A DNA stretch of 32,000 nt from the NCBI RefSeq assembly GCF_000017305.1, contig NC_009664.2, positions 4,260,001 through 4,292,000 of the forward strand, given 5' to 3'. The translations under genes and the position numbers were made by a program. The stretch comes from Kineococcus radiotolerans SRS30216 = ATCC BAA-149. Lineage in GTDB: Bacteria > Actinomycetota > Actinomycetes > Actinomycetales > Kineococcaceae. The notes under the pieces are model-generated. The model was not told the DNA's origin. It searched no databases and worked only from the letters and a program-made list of their open reading frames with translations. Of this stretch, positions 16,683-25,558 are shown piece by piece (positions within the stretch are counted from its first letter, which is position 1; each line of letters begins with the position of its first letter).

Positions 16683-18260
16683 TCACGCCGACGGCCGCCG
16701 GATCAGGTCGGCGGCCTTCTCGCCGATCGCGATCGTCGTGGCGTTCGTGTTGACGGGCGGGATCCGCGGCATGATCGAGGCGTCGGCCACGCGCAGACCG
16801 CTCAGGCCGTGCACCCGCAGTTCCGGGTCCACCACGGCCTCGGGGCCGGTGCCCATCGCGCAGGTGCCCACGGGGTGGTAGTACGTGCCGGTGCCGCGGG
16901 CGAGGTGCGCGCGCAGCCCCGCCTCGTCCTGCACGCCTGGCCCGGGCAGCACCTCGCGAGCGCGCCACGGCGCGAACGGTGCGGTGGCGGCGATCTCGCG
17001 GGCCACCTGCAGGCCCTGGACCATCCGCCGCACGTCGGACTCGGCGCCGAGGTAGTTCGGGTCGATCAGCGGCGGCGTCGCCGGGTCCGGCCCGGCCAGG
17101 CGCAGCGAACCGCGCGCCTCGGGCACCGTGGCGACGGCGAGCGTGAAGCTGTTGGCCGGGGCGGACAGGTGCGGCGGGTGGAACGGCACGTGGATGAACA
17201 TCAGCTGCATGTCCGGGCCGGGGAGGGAGTCGTCGCTGCGCCACAGCATGGAGGTCTCCGCGTGGTTGGTGCGTCCGGCCGGGATCGGCCGCGCGGCTTC
17301 GCAGACGACGCCGCACAGCGGGTGGTCGTGCAGGTTGCGCCCCACCCCGGGGAGGTCGTGCACCACGGCCACGCCGGCGGTTCGGAGTTCGTCCGCCGGC
17401 CCGATGCCGGACAGCAGCAGCAGGCGGGGCGAGTCCACCGCGCCGGCGCTGAGCACCACCTCGGCGTCGGCGTACGCGGTCCTGAGCTCACCACCGCGTT
17501 CGTAGTCCACGCCGACGCAGCGGTCGCCGTCCAGGCGCAGCCGGTGCGCCCTGGCGCCGGTGAGGACGGTCAGGTTCGGCCGGTGCCCCCGCAGCGGGTG
17601 CAGGTAGGCGGCCGCGGTGCTCTGCCGGACCCCGCCGGAGATCGACAGGTCGTGCCAGCCGGCGCCCTCACCGCGCGCACCGTTGAAGTCGTCGGTGAGG
17701 GGGAAACCCGCCGCGACCGCGCCGTCGAGGAACACCTGCGACAGGGGGTTGGCGTCGGCGGCCGGGGCGGGTGCGGGTCGCAGCGGCCCGTCGGTGCCGC
17801 GCAGGACCGGGTCGCGCCCGACGGCGGTCTCCGCGCGCCGGAAGTACGGGAGCACGGAGTCGTGGTCCCAGCCCACGCAGCCGGACTTCGCCCACTGGTC
17901 GAAGTCGCTGCGGTGCCCGCGCAGGTGCACCATCGCGTTGATGCTGCTGCTCCCACCGAGGGTGTGGCCTCGCGGCCAGTCGTGGGAGACGCCGCCGGTT
18001 CCGGCCTGCGGGACCGTGGCGTAGGCGTAGTCGACCTCGGTGCCCCACAGCGCCGGCCACGCGGGCGGTGAGGCGATCTCCTGCCTGGTGTCGGCCGGGC
18101 CCGACTCGAGCAGCAGCACTCGCGCCGCCGGGTCCTCGGACAGCCGCGCGGCGAGCACGCAGCCGGCCGATCCGGCACCGATGACCACGTGGTCGTAGCG
18201 GTTGCTCCCCGGCGCGCTCGAACTCCCGGGGGCCGTCGTGCCCCCGTCGTCGACGGTCAT
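16683..18260 (-). CDS. GMC-family FAD-dependent oxidoreductase (choline dehydrogenase-like)
   Basis: DHVVIGAGSAGCVLAARLSEDPAARVLLLESGP FAD motif and the GMC signature regions through the C-terminal HPVGTCAMG. ATG 18260 is chosen because of the GAGAGGA RBS and the conserved leader; the in-frame extension to 18464 is a regulator remnant. Confidence 0.9.
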   Translation of the reverse strand: MTVDDGGTTAPGSSSAPGSNRYDHVVIGAGSAGCVLAARLSEDPAARVLLLESGPADTRQEIASPPAWPALWGTEVDYAYATVPQAGTGGVSHDWPRGHTLGGSSSINAMVHLRGHRSDFDQWAKSGCVGWDHDSVLPYFRRAETAVGRDPVLRGTDGPLRPAPAPAADANPLSQVFLDGAVAAGFPLTDDFNGARGEGAGWHDLSISGGVRQSTAAAYLHPLRGHRPNLTVLTGARAHRLRLDGDRCVGVDYERGGELRTAYADAEVVLSAGAVDSPRLLLLSGIGPADELRTAGVAVVHDLPGVGRNLHDHPLCGVVCEAARPIPAGRTNHAETSMLWRSDDSLPGPDMQLMFIHVPFHPPHLSAPANSFTLAVATVPEARGSLRLAGPDPATPPLIDPNYLGAESDVRRMVQGLQVAREIAATAPFAPWRAREVLPGPGVQDEAGLRAHLARGTGTYYHPVGTCAMGTGPEAVVDPELRVHGLSGLRVADASIMPRIPPVNTNATTIAIGEKAADLIRRPSA

Positions 18261-18432
18261 CCTCGTCCTCTCGATCCGCAGCGACCGGGACGGGCGGTTC
18301 GACCGTCCTCTGCGCTGGCGGGTCGAACCTAGGGAGCGACGCGTCCTCCTCGCGTACGTCGGATGACGGTCCCGCCGACGGTGGGCCGGCCGGTCACGAC
18401 CGGTCCCGGCCCGCAGGGTCACGCGGAACGTG
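18246..18432. repeat. Dispersed repeat copy B: GMC first codons + 133-nt leader + decayed LuxR 3' end
   Basis: Colinear with 12871-13060, in the same orientation. Confidence 0.85.
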
Positions 18433-18490
18433 ACCCCGGACGGGACGGTTCCGCGCTGGTGCACCGGGACCCACCGGTCCGAGCGCGTCC
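18394..18490 (-). pseudogene. Remnant of a LuxR/LAL regulator C-terminus (last ~30 codons, stop lost)
   Basis: Minus-strand ...SGVTFRVTLRAGTGR compares with ...LGITSRVALRAALGR* of the intact regulator. At nucleotide level tcac-gaccggtcccggcccgcagggtcac compares with tcaccgaccgagcgcggcccgcagggccac. Similarity fades near 18490. Confidence 0.55.
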
Positions 18491-18527
18491 GTGGCGACGG
18501 GGACCGGCGGGCGGTGGTGTCCCGGGG

Positions 18528-19169
18528 TCAGGCCACCCGGGCCGCGCGCTGCGCGCCGGCGCCCGCGGAGGAACCGAGGTCGCCCTGGGGGAGCGCCCGA
18601 CCGGCCTGCACGGCCGCCGACCAGGTGCTGGTGTCCGCGACGGCGGCCCAGTTGGAGTGCAGCAGCGTCATCAGCGTGCGGTGGACGGTTTCGGCGTCGG
18701 CGGAGCCGGCGTCGTTGGCGAGGTGGACGGCGCCGGTGGCGTCGGCGAGCACTTCCACCGCGATGCCGAGGCCCTCGGCCTCCACGGAGGAGGCCAGGAC
18801 GCAGTTGTTGGTCATGTAGCCGATGAGGGTGATCGTGTCGACGTCGTGCTGACGCAGCCAGGCGAGGACGTCGGTGCCGGCGAAGACGCTGCCGTGCTCC
18901 TTCACGACCGACTCCCACGCCGGGGTGCGGCGGCTCTCCACCTCCGGGTGCAGCGCGAACCCGGGCCGGGTCGGGTCGAAGACGGGGGCGCCCTCGCCCA
19001 TCGCGTGCTGGACGACGGCGACGGGCAGCCCGGCGGCCGTGGCCGCGTCGACGGCCTGCGCGATGCGGGGCAGCGAGTCGGTGTGCGGCGGGTACTGGAT
19101 CTCCAGCGGGCCACCGAAGTAGTCCTGCTGGACGTCGATGACGATCAGGGCGCGGCGGGGGCTGGTCAC
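18528..19169 (-). CDS. Isochorismatase-family cysteine hydrolase
   Basis: ALIVIDVQQDYF start of the fold, and TLIGYMTNNCVLASS containing the catalytic Cys context. The GTG is preceded by GAGGAG. Confidence 0.85.
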   Translation of the reverse strand: MTSPRRALIVIDVQQDYFGGPLEIQYPPHTDSLPRIAQAVDAATAAGLPVAVVQHAMGEGAPVFDPTRPGFALHPEVESRRTPAWESVVKEHGSVFAGTDVLAWLRQHDVDTITLIGYMTNNCVLASSVEAEGLGIAVEVLADATGAVHLANDAGSADAETVHRTLMTLLHSNWAAVADTSTWSAAVQAGRALPQGDLGSSAGAGAQRAARVA

Positions 19170-19303
19170 GCGGACTCCTCGAGTCGGGCTGCGGGTCGTG
19201 GCTGCGAGCTGCGGCCACTCCCTCAGTGTGGGGATGGCGCCGCCGACCTACCATTGCCCTGGAGGCAACCTTTCGATGGATCCGGGCCACCAGGAGCGAC
19301 GTC

Positions 19304-20266
19304 GTGCAGATCGCCATCCTCGCCTTCGACGGCGTGCCGATGTTCCACCTGTCGGTGCCGCAGGTGGTCTTCGGCGAGGTGGCCCGCCAGGGCTTGGCGG
19401 ACTGGCGCACCGACCTCGTGGCCGAACGGGCGGGTTCGATCCGCACCGCCGAGGGCCACTCCATCGGCGGGGTCCTCGGCCCACGAGCCTTCGAGGACGC
19501 TGACGTGGTGGTCGTGCCGTCGTGGTTCGAGGACGGCCGGGAGGTCGGTCCGGTGCTGCGCGACCTGCTCGCCCGGGCGCACGCCCGCGGAGCGACCGTC
19601 GCAGGCCTCTGCCTGGGGGCCATCGCCGTCGCCGACGCGGGCCTGCTGACCGGACGCCGTGCGGTGACCCACTGGCAGGCGGTGGGCCTGCTGGCGCTCC
19701 GGCACCCGGACGTCCAGATCGACTCCTCCGTGCTGTACGTCGACCACGGCGACGTGCTCACCTCCGCCGGTACCGCCTCGGCCCTCGACGCGTGCCTGCA
19801 CCTGGTCCGCACCCGACTCGGCGCCGCCGCGGCCAACGACGTCGCCCGCCGGCTCGTCGTCGCTCCCCACCGGGACGGGGGGCAGGCGCAGTTCATCGAG
19901 CGGCCGCTGCCGGCCGGCCCGGCCGACGACCCCGTCGCCGCCGTGCTCGACTGGGCCCTGCAGCACTTGGACGAACCGTTGGGCGTCGAGCGGCTCGCAG
20001 CCGCCGCGCACATGAGTCGGCGCACCTTCGTGCGGACCTTCCGTCGGAGCACCGGTACGACGCCCGCGTCCTGGGTGCGCTCCCGTCGCCTCGACGAGGC
20101 GCGGCGTCTGCTCGAGTCCACCGACCTGCCGATCGAGCAGGTGGCGGCAGCGGTCGGTTTCGGGAACCCGGTGACCCTGCGGCAGGGCTTCGCCGCCGCC
20201 TTCGACACCACACCCTCGAGCTACCGCCGCCGGTTCGACGCGCGGACCGGCCGGCCGCCGGGATGA
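19304..20266 (+). CDS. GlxA-family regulator (DJ-1/PfpI-like domain + AraC HTH)
   Basis: VQIAILAFDGVPMFHLSVP, and GLCLGAIAVADAGLL matching the DJ-1/PfpI nucleophile-elbow region. C-terminal AraC HTH (MSRRTFVRTFRRSTGTTPASWV, GFGNPVTLRQGF). GTG 19304 follows AGGAG at 7 nt. Confidence 0.85.
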   Translation: MQIAILAFDGVPMFHLSVPQVVFGEVARQGLADWRTDLVAERAGSIRTAEGHSIGGVLGPRAFEDADVVVVPSWFEDGREVGPVLRDLLARAHARGATVAGLCLGAIAVADAGLLTGRRAVTHWQAVGLLALRHPDVQIDSSVLYVDHGDVLTSAGTASALDACLHLVRTRLGAAAANDVARRLVVAPHRDGGQAQFIERPLPAGPADDPVAAVLDWALQHLDEPLGVERLAAAAHMSRRTFVRTFRRSTGTTPASWVRSRRLDEARRLLESTDLPIEQVAAAVGFGNPVTLRQGFAAAFDTTPSSYRRRFDARTGRPPG

Positions 20267-20505
20267 CCCGCCGGGCCGCTCCGGCCGGCGCCGCGAACGT
20301 GACGGCGCCGAGCGGAACCCCATCCCGTGTGCGGGTCCCGACCTCCGTGGGGTGGCTGTCGAAAGCCGGGGCGGACCTCCTGAGGTTGACGATCTGTTAC
20401 GTAGTGGTATCTGGCTGTGAACTGGCTCGTGGTGACGTTCGCTCCGCGGGACCGCTGGTGATCCCCTTCCGGCGCCGTTGAGCTCAAGACCCCAGGAGCA
20501 GGACC

Positions 20506-22821
20506 GTGAGAAGAACACTGTGCGCCGTCGTGGGCGCCGCGCTCGTCGTGACCACTCCGTCGATCGCCTCCGCAACACCCCGCTCCACCCCCTCGTCAGC
20601 CCCCACCACCGTCGCTCCCTCCGCTGCGGCGGGGGCTGCCCCGGCGCCGCAGGGGACCGGACGCGCCCACGACCTGCCCAACCCCCTGGCCGACGAGCAG
20701 CGCGCCCTGCGCCGGGCCGGCCTGGAGAAGGTCCTCAGCGGCCAGGCCGCCCCCACCGGGGACGGCAAGGTCGTCGAGGTCGCCGAGGGGCAGTTCGTGG
20801 AACTGGCGCGCGAGGACACCGACCAGATCTTCACCGTGCTCGGCGAGTTCTCCGACCTGGCCCACAACCGGATCCCCGCCCCGAACCGCGCGGTGGACAA
20901 CACCACCATCTGGACGAAGGACTTCTCCCAGCCCTACTACCAGGACCTGCTGTTCTCCCAGGCCGCCGGCGACGTGTCGATGGCCAACTACTACGACGAG
21001 GTCTCCTCCGGGCGCTACACCGTCGAGGGTGAGGTCACGGACTGGGTGCGCCTCCCCGGCTCCGGTGCCTCCTACGGCGACGACGACCTCGGGGACGCGG
21101 CGGCGTGGAGGTTCGTCAACGACTCCCTCAACGGCTGGTACGCCCAGCAGCTCGCCGCCGGCAGGACCGCCGCCCAGATCGACCAGCAGCTCTCCCGCTT
21201 CGACCAGTGGGACCGCTACGACGTCGACGGGGACGGGAACTTCGACGAACCCGACGGCTACATCGACCACTTCCAGGCCGTGCACGCCGGTGAGGGCGAG
21301 GAGGTCGGCGGTGCAGCCCTGGGTGACGACGCGATCTGGTCGCACCGCTGGTACGACCAGACCAACCGCGTCGGCACCGCCGGACCCAGCGTCGACGGGC
21401 AGACCGTGGCCCTGGGCGGGACCCGCATCGGGCAGTCGAAGTACTGGGTCGGTGACTACACCGTGGAGCCGGAGAACGGTGGCGTCGGGGTCTTCGCCCA
21501 CGAGTTCGGCCACGACCTCGGACTGCCGGACCTCTACGACACCTCCGGCAACTCCGGCGGGGCGGAGAACTCCACCGCCTTCTGGTCGCTGATGTCGTCC
21601 GGCTCCTACGGCAGCAGCGGCCGCCCCGAGGACGGCATCGGCACCGAACCCATGCACATGGGGGCCTGGGAGGAGCTGCAGCTGGGCTGGCTGAACCACG
21701 AGACCGTCGAACCGGGCGCCAGGGCCAACACCAAGCTGGGCCCGGCGGAGGCGAACACCGAGCAGGCTCAGGCCCTGCTGGTGCGGCTGCCCGACAAGGA
21801 GGTCACCAGCACCATCGGCACCCCGTTCGAGGGGACCGACTTCTGGTACTCCGGCGCCGGTGACGACCTGGACAACACGATGCTGACGCCGCTGCCCGCC
21901 GGGGCCACCTCGCTGAGCGCGAAGGTGAAGTACCAGATCGAGCAGGACTGGGACTACGCCTACGTCGTCTACTCCACCGACGGCGGCAAGACGTTCACCT
22001 CCCTGCCCACCAGCCGCTCCACCACCGCCGACCCCAACGGTCAGAACCAGGGCCAGGGCATCACCGGGAGCACCGGTGGGCAGTGGGTCGACCTGACCGC
22101 CTCCCTGGCCGGTGTCCCGGCCGGTGCGCTGGTCGGCTTCCGATACTGGACCGACGGGGCGGCCACGGAGCCGGGCCTTCAGGTCGACGCGGTCTCCCTC
22201 GGCGGTGCGCGGGTGACGAACTGGACGCTGGACGGCTTCACCGTCACCACCAGCACCGCCACCCGCTCCTTCTTCAACGCCTACCTGGCGGAGTACCGCC
22301 AGTACCGCGGCTACGACGCGAGCCTGGCCACCGGCCCCTACGACTTCGGCGACCGGGCCCGACCGGACTGGGCGGAGCGCTACCCCTACCAGGACGGCCT
22401 GCTCATCACGTACTGGAACAGCCAGTACGCCGACAACAACGTGGGTGCACACCCCGGCGGCGGGCTGATCCTGCCCGTCGACGCCCACCCCGGGCTGCTG
22501 CACGAACCCACCGACGACGAGGGCAGCGACCGGGGTGACGGGGAGAGCTGGCGCCCGCGGGTGCAGTCCTACGACTCCACCTTCGGGCTGCAGAAGACCG
22601 ACATCATCACCCTGCACGACCCCGACACGGGCAAGGCCGGCACCTACGGCGGCCTGCCCGCGGTGGCGACCTTCGACGACACCAGGGACTGGTACGTGGC
22701 GCGCGGGGAGCAGCCCGACGCCGACGGGTGGTCCGGGGTCGAGGTGCCGAAGACGGGGACGAAGATCACCGTCGTGAGCACCAGCGCCCGCGACTCCTTC
22801 ATGCAGGTCCGGGTCAGCTGA
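20506..22821 (+). CDS. Secreted M6-family (immune inhibitor A-like) zinc metalloprotease
   Basis: Sec signal MRRTLCAVVGAALVVTTPSIASA. HEFGHDLGLPDLYD zinc motif in typical M6 context. 771 aa. Confidence 0.9.
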   Translation: MRRTLCAVVGAALVVTTPSIASATPRSTPSSAPTTVAPSAAAGAAPAPQGTGRAHDLPNPLADEQRALRRAGLEKVLSGQAAPTGDGKVVEVAEGQFVELAREDTDQIFTVLGEFSDLAHNRIPAPNRAVDNTTIWTKDFSQPYYQDLLFSQAAGDVSMANYYDEVSSGRYTVEGEVTDWVRLPGSGASYGDDDLGDAAAWRFVNDSLNGWYAQQLAAGRTAAQIDQQLSRFDQWDRYDVDGDGNFDEPDGYIDHFQAVHAGEGEEVGGAALGDDAIWSHRWYDQTNRVGTAGPSVDGQTVALGGTRIGQSKYWVGDYTVEPENGGVGVFAHEFGHDLGLPDLYDTSGNSGGAENSTAFWSLMSSGSYGSSGRPEDGIGTEPMHMGAWEELQLGWLNHETVEPGARANTKLGPAEANTEQAQALLVRLPDKEVTSTIGTPFEGTDFWYSGAGDDLDNTMLTPLPAGATSLSAKVKYQIEQDWDYAYVVYSTDGGKTFTSLPTSRSTTADPNGQNQGQGITGSTGGQWVDLTASLAGVPAGALVGFRYWTDGAATEPGLQVDAVSLGGARVTNWTLDGFTVTTSTATRSFFNAYLAEYRQYRGYDASLATGPYDFGDRARPDWAERYPYQDGLLITYWNSQYADNNVGAHPGGGLILPVDAHPGLLHEPTDDEGSDRGDGESWRPRVQSYDSTFGLQKTDIITLHDPDTGKAGTYGGLPAVATFDDTRDWYVARGEQPDADGWSGVEVPKTGTKITVVSTSARDSFMQVRVS

Positions 22822-23013
22822 GCGGGCGCCTCGCCCACCTCCTCACCTGCTCATCGACTCGAGACGAGTGCCGCCCTTGAGGAGGCGACCCGTCGTCCTG
22901 CTCGGACCAGCTGTCGAGCCGGCGGACCGGAGAGCCGGCCAGGCGAGCGACCAGGTGGCGGTGCAGGTCCCCGACCGGGCACCGGCCCCCTGATCGACCA
23001 CCGGCACCACCGC

Positions 23014-23044
23014 GAAGGCCCACCAGCACCGCTGGTGGGCCTTC
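23014..23044 (+). terminator. Perfect 14-bp stem, 3-nt loop hairpin GAAGGCCCACCAGC-acc-GCTGGTGGGCCTTC
   Basis: Read directly. It lies about 190 nt after the protease stop and about 255 nt before the nitrilase start. Confidence 0.5.
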
Positions 23045-23300
23045 GTCGTGGGCGTGACGACGGGCGGTCCCACCTCCTGCAGAACTGGACGGCGCTCGCC
23101 CACCGGAGGCTGGGGAGGGACGGCAGGGCGCCCTCGCCGCGGCCGGCTCGTCCGCGGTGCTGCGGAGCGACGGCGGTGAGCAGCGGTCAGGTGACGAGGC
23201 GTCCGGCCACCCGCCGCCCCGGTGGCGGCGGGGAACGCCTCGGCAACGGCGCCGGGACCGCCCGTCTGGTTTGCTGTGCTCCGACGAGAGGACGGTCACG

Positions 23301-24101
23301 GTGAAGATCGCTGGACTGCAGCACCCGGGCACCCCGGGGGACGTGGAGGAGAACCTGGCCGCGCTGGAGGCGGCGGCCACCCGCGCGGCGGCCGAGGGGG
23401 TGCGGTTGCTCGTCACCTCGGAGATGTTCCTGACGGGCTACAACATCGGCGACCGGGTCGCCGAGCTGGCCCGCGAGCCGCTGGAGGAGCGCGTCGCCGA
23501 CGTGGCCCGCCGGACCGGCGTCGCCCTCGCCGTGGGTCTGCCCCTGCCGGGAAAGAGCGGGGTCACGAACTCCGTCCTGCTGCTGGACGAGACCGGCCGT
23601 CGGCTGGCCCGCTACGACAAGACGCACCTGTTCGGCGCTCTCGACCGGTCCCTGTTCGTCCCCGGGGAGCACCCGACGGTGACCGCCGACCTCGACGGGG
23701 TCCGGCTGGCGTTCCTCGTCTGCTACGACGTCGAGTTCCCGGAGACGGTGCGCGCCGCGGCCCTCGCCGGGGCCGACCTCCTCGTCGTCCCGACCGCGCA
23801 GATGGAACCGTTCGCGTTCGTCGCCGAGCACCTCGTCCGGGTGCGGGCCTGGGAGAACCAGGTCTACCTCGCCTACGTCAACCACAGCGGCGCCGAGGGT
23901 GACCTGCGCTACGTGGGCCGCTCCAGCATCTCCGCCCCGTCCGGGGACGTCCTGGCGATGGCCGACGTCGACGGTGAGGCGCTGCTGGTGGCCGACGTGG
24001 ACGTCGAGGTGGTGCGCGCGGCCCGCCGCGACAACCCCTACCTGGACGACCTGCGCGCCGAGTTCCGCCTCCCGCCCGCCCTCCCCGAGGTGACCCCGTG
24101 A
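23301..24101 (+). CDS. Carbon-nitrogen hydrolase (nitrilase superfamily amidase)
   Basis: Glu-Lys-Cys triad contexts TSEMF, YDKTHLF and LVCYDVEFPE. GTG 23301 follows GAGAGGA. The track start at 23157 is an upstream over-extension. Confidence 0.85.
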   Translation: MKIAGLQHPGTPGDVEENLAALEAAATRAAAEGVRLLVTSEMFLTGYNIGDRVAELAREPLEERVADVARRTGVALAVGLPLPGKSGVTNSVLLLDETGRRLARYDKTHLFGALDRSLFVPGEHPTVTADLDGVRLAFLVCYDVEFPETVRAAALAGADLLVVPTAQMEPFAFVAEHLVRVRAWENQVYLAYVNHSGAEGDLRYVGRSSISAPSGDVLAMADVDGEALLVADVDVEVVRAARRDNPYLDDLRAEFRLPPALPEVTP

Positions 24102-25558
24102 GCACGACCCCCACCACGCCCTCCGCCACCACCGGCCCCCGACGCCTCGAGGGCCACCTGGGGACCGGGTCCATCGTCTTCATGGTGATCGCCGCCGCGG
24201 CGCCCCTCACCGTGGTGGGCGGCAACGTGCCGCTGGCCGTCGCCGGCGGCAACGGGGTGGGCGCTCCCGTCGGGTTCCTGCTGGCCGCCGCCGTGCTGCT
24301 GGTCTTCTCGGTCGGGTTCGTCACCCTGACCCCGCACGTCCGCGAGGCCGGCGCGTTCTTCTCCTACGTGGCGACCGGTCTCGGCTCCCGCGCGGGCCTG
24401 GGTGCGGCCTTCACCGCCCTCGTGGCGTACACGGCCATCCAGGTCGGCGTGTACGGGTACGCGGGGTGGGCCGTCAACGACCTCGTCCTGCACTTCGGCG
24501 GGCCGGCGCTGCCGTGGTGGCTGTACTCCTTCGCCGTGCTCGCCGTCGTCGCCGTGCTGGGCTACCGGCACATCGAGCTCAGCGCCAAGGTGCTCGGGGT
24601 CGCCCTCGTCCTGGAGATCGCCGTCGTCGTCCTGCTCGACGCGGTGGTCCTCGGCGGCGGGGGCCGCGACGGGCTGGTCACCTCCACCTTCGCCGTCGAG
24701 AACGTCGTCACCCCGCACATCGGCGTCGCCGTCCTGTTCGCCCTGACCGGGTTCATCGGCTTCGAGGCGACCGCCGTCTTCCGCGACGAGGCGCGCGACC
24801 CCGAGCGGACGATCCCCCGCGCGACCTACCTTGCCGTGCTCGTCATCGGCGGTTTCTACGCCGTCTCCTGCTGGGCCCTCATCACCGGCGTGGGTGCGGC
24901 CGACGCGGTCGCGGTCGCCGGACGGACCCTCGCCGGGGAGGGCAACTTCCTGCTCGACACCACCGAGGAGTACCTCGGGACCGTCCTGCGCGACGTGGTC
25001 CAGGTGCTGCTGGTGACGAGCCTGTTCGCCTGCGTCCTGTCCTTCCACAACGTCCTGGCCCGCTACCAGTTCAGCCTGGCCGGCAAGGGCGTCCTCCCGC
25101 GGGCGCTGGCCCACCGCCACCCCCGTCACGCGGCCCCTTCCACCGCGTCCGTCGTGCAGACGGTGACGGCGGTGGTCGTGCTGGCCGTGCTCGCCGGGCT
25201 CGGACTGGACCCGCTGGTCGGCGTCTTCGGGTCCATGGCCGGGGTCGCGACCGTGGGGATGGTGCTGCTCCTGCTGACCACCTCGGTCGCGGTGCTGGCC
25301 TTCTTCGCCCGCCACCGGAGCACGCCGCGGCGGGGCCGGTTCTCGACCGTGGTGGCGCCGGTGCTGGCGATCCTGGGGTTGCTGGCGAGCCTGTGGCTGG
25401 TGCTGTCGAACTTCACCCTGGTCACCGGCGGCACCGTGCTCGTGAGCACCCTGCTCGCGCTCGTGCCGGCGGTGGTGTTCGCCGCGGGGGTGGGAGCCGG
25501 TGGGCGGTTCCGGCTCACCGCTGCCGATGACGACGAGCGGGTGCACCCACCCCGCTGA
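24098..25558 (+). CDS. APC-superfamily amino acid/polyamine permease
   Basis: 486 aa with about 12 hydrophobic segments and an APC-like N-terminus GTGSIVFMVIAAAAPLTVVGG. Its start overlaps the nitrilase stop (GTGA at 24098-24101). Confidence 0.9.
   Translation: MSTTPTTPSATTGPRRLEGHLGTGSIVFMVIAAAAPLTVVGGNVPLAVAGGNGVGAPVGFLLAAAVLLVFSVGFVTLTPHVREAGAFFSYVATGLGSRAGLGAAFTALVAYTAIQVGVYGYAGWAVNDLVLHFGGPALPWWLYSFAVLAVVAVLGYRHIELSAKVLGVALVLEIAVVVLLDAVVLGGGGRDGLVTSTFAVENVVTPHIGVAVLFALTGFIGFEATAVFRDEARDPERTIPRATYLAVLVIGGFYAVSCWALITGVGAADAVAVAGRTLAGEGNFLLDTTEEYLGTVLRDVVQVLLVTSLFACVLSFHNVLARYQFSLAGKGVLPRALAHRHPRHAAPSTASVVQTVTAVVVLAVLAGLGLDPLVGVFGSMAGVATVGMVLLLLTTSVAVLAFFARHRSTPRRGRFSTVVAPVLAILGLLASLWLVLSNFTLVTGGTVLVSTLLALVPAVVFAAGVGAGGRFRLTAADDDERVHPPR

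Noticed and set aside
18394-20578. 605-aa (18394..20211) and 451-aa (19223..20578) minus-strand ORFs
   Set aside because: They run antisense or off-frame through the isochorismatase and GlxA genes, have no motifs, and are Arg/Pro-rich.
22843-23103. 86-aa minus-strand ORF containing the 14-bp hairpin
   Set aside because: Its GC3 is noticeably lower than in the real genes, it has no RBS or motif, and the hairpin lies inside the ORF.
23045-23300. Possible riboswitch (glycine, guanidine-I/II) upstream of the nitrilase-permease pair
   Set aside because: I could not find the conserved cores I remember (ACCGAAGGGGCAA-type glycine core, ACGR loops on paired hairpins, GGGA...ACGR). This needs an Infernal scan to be sure.
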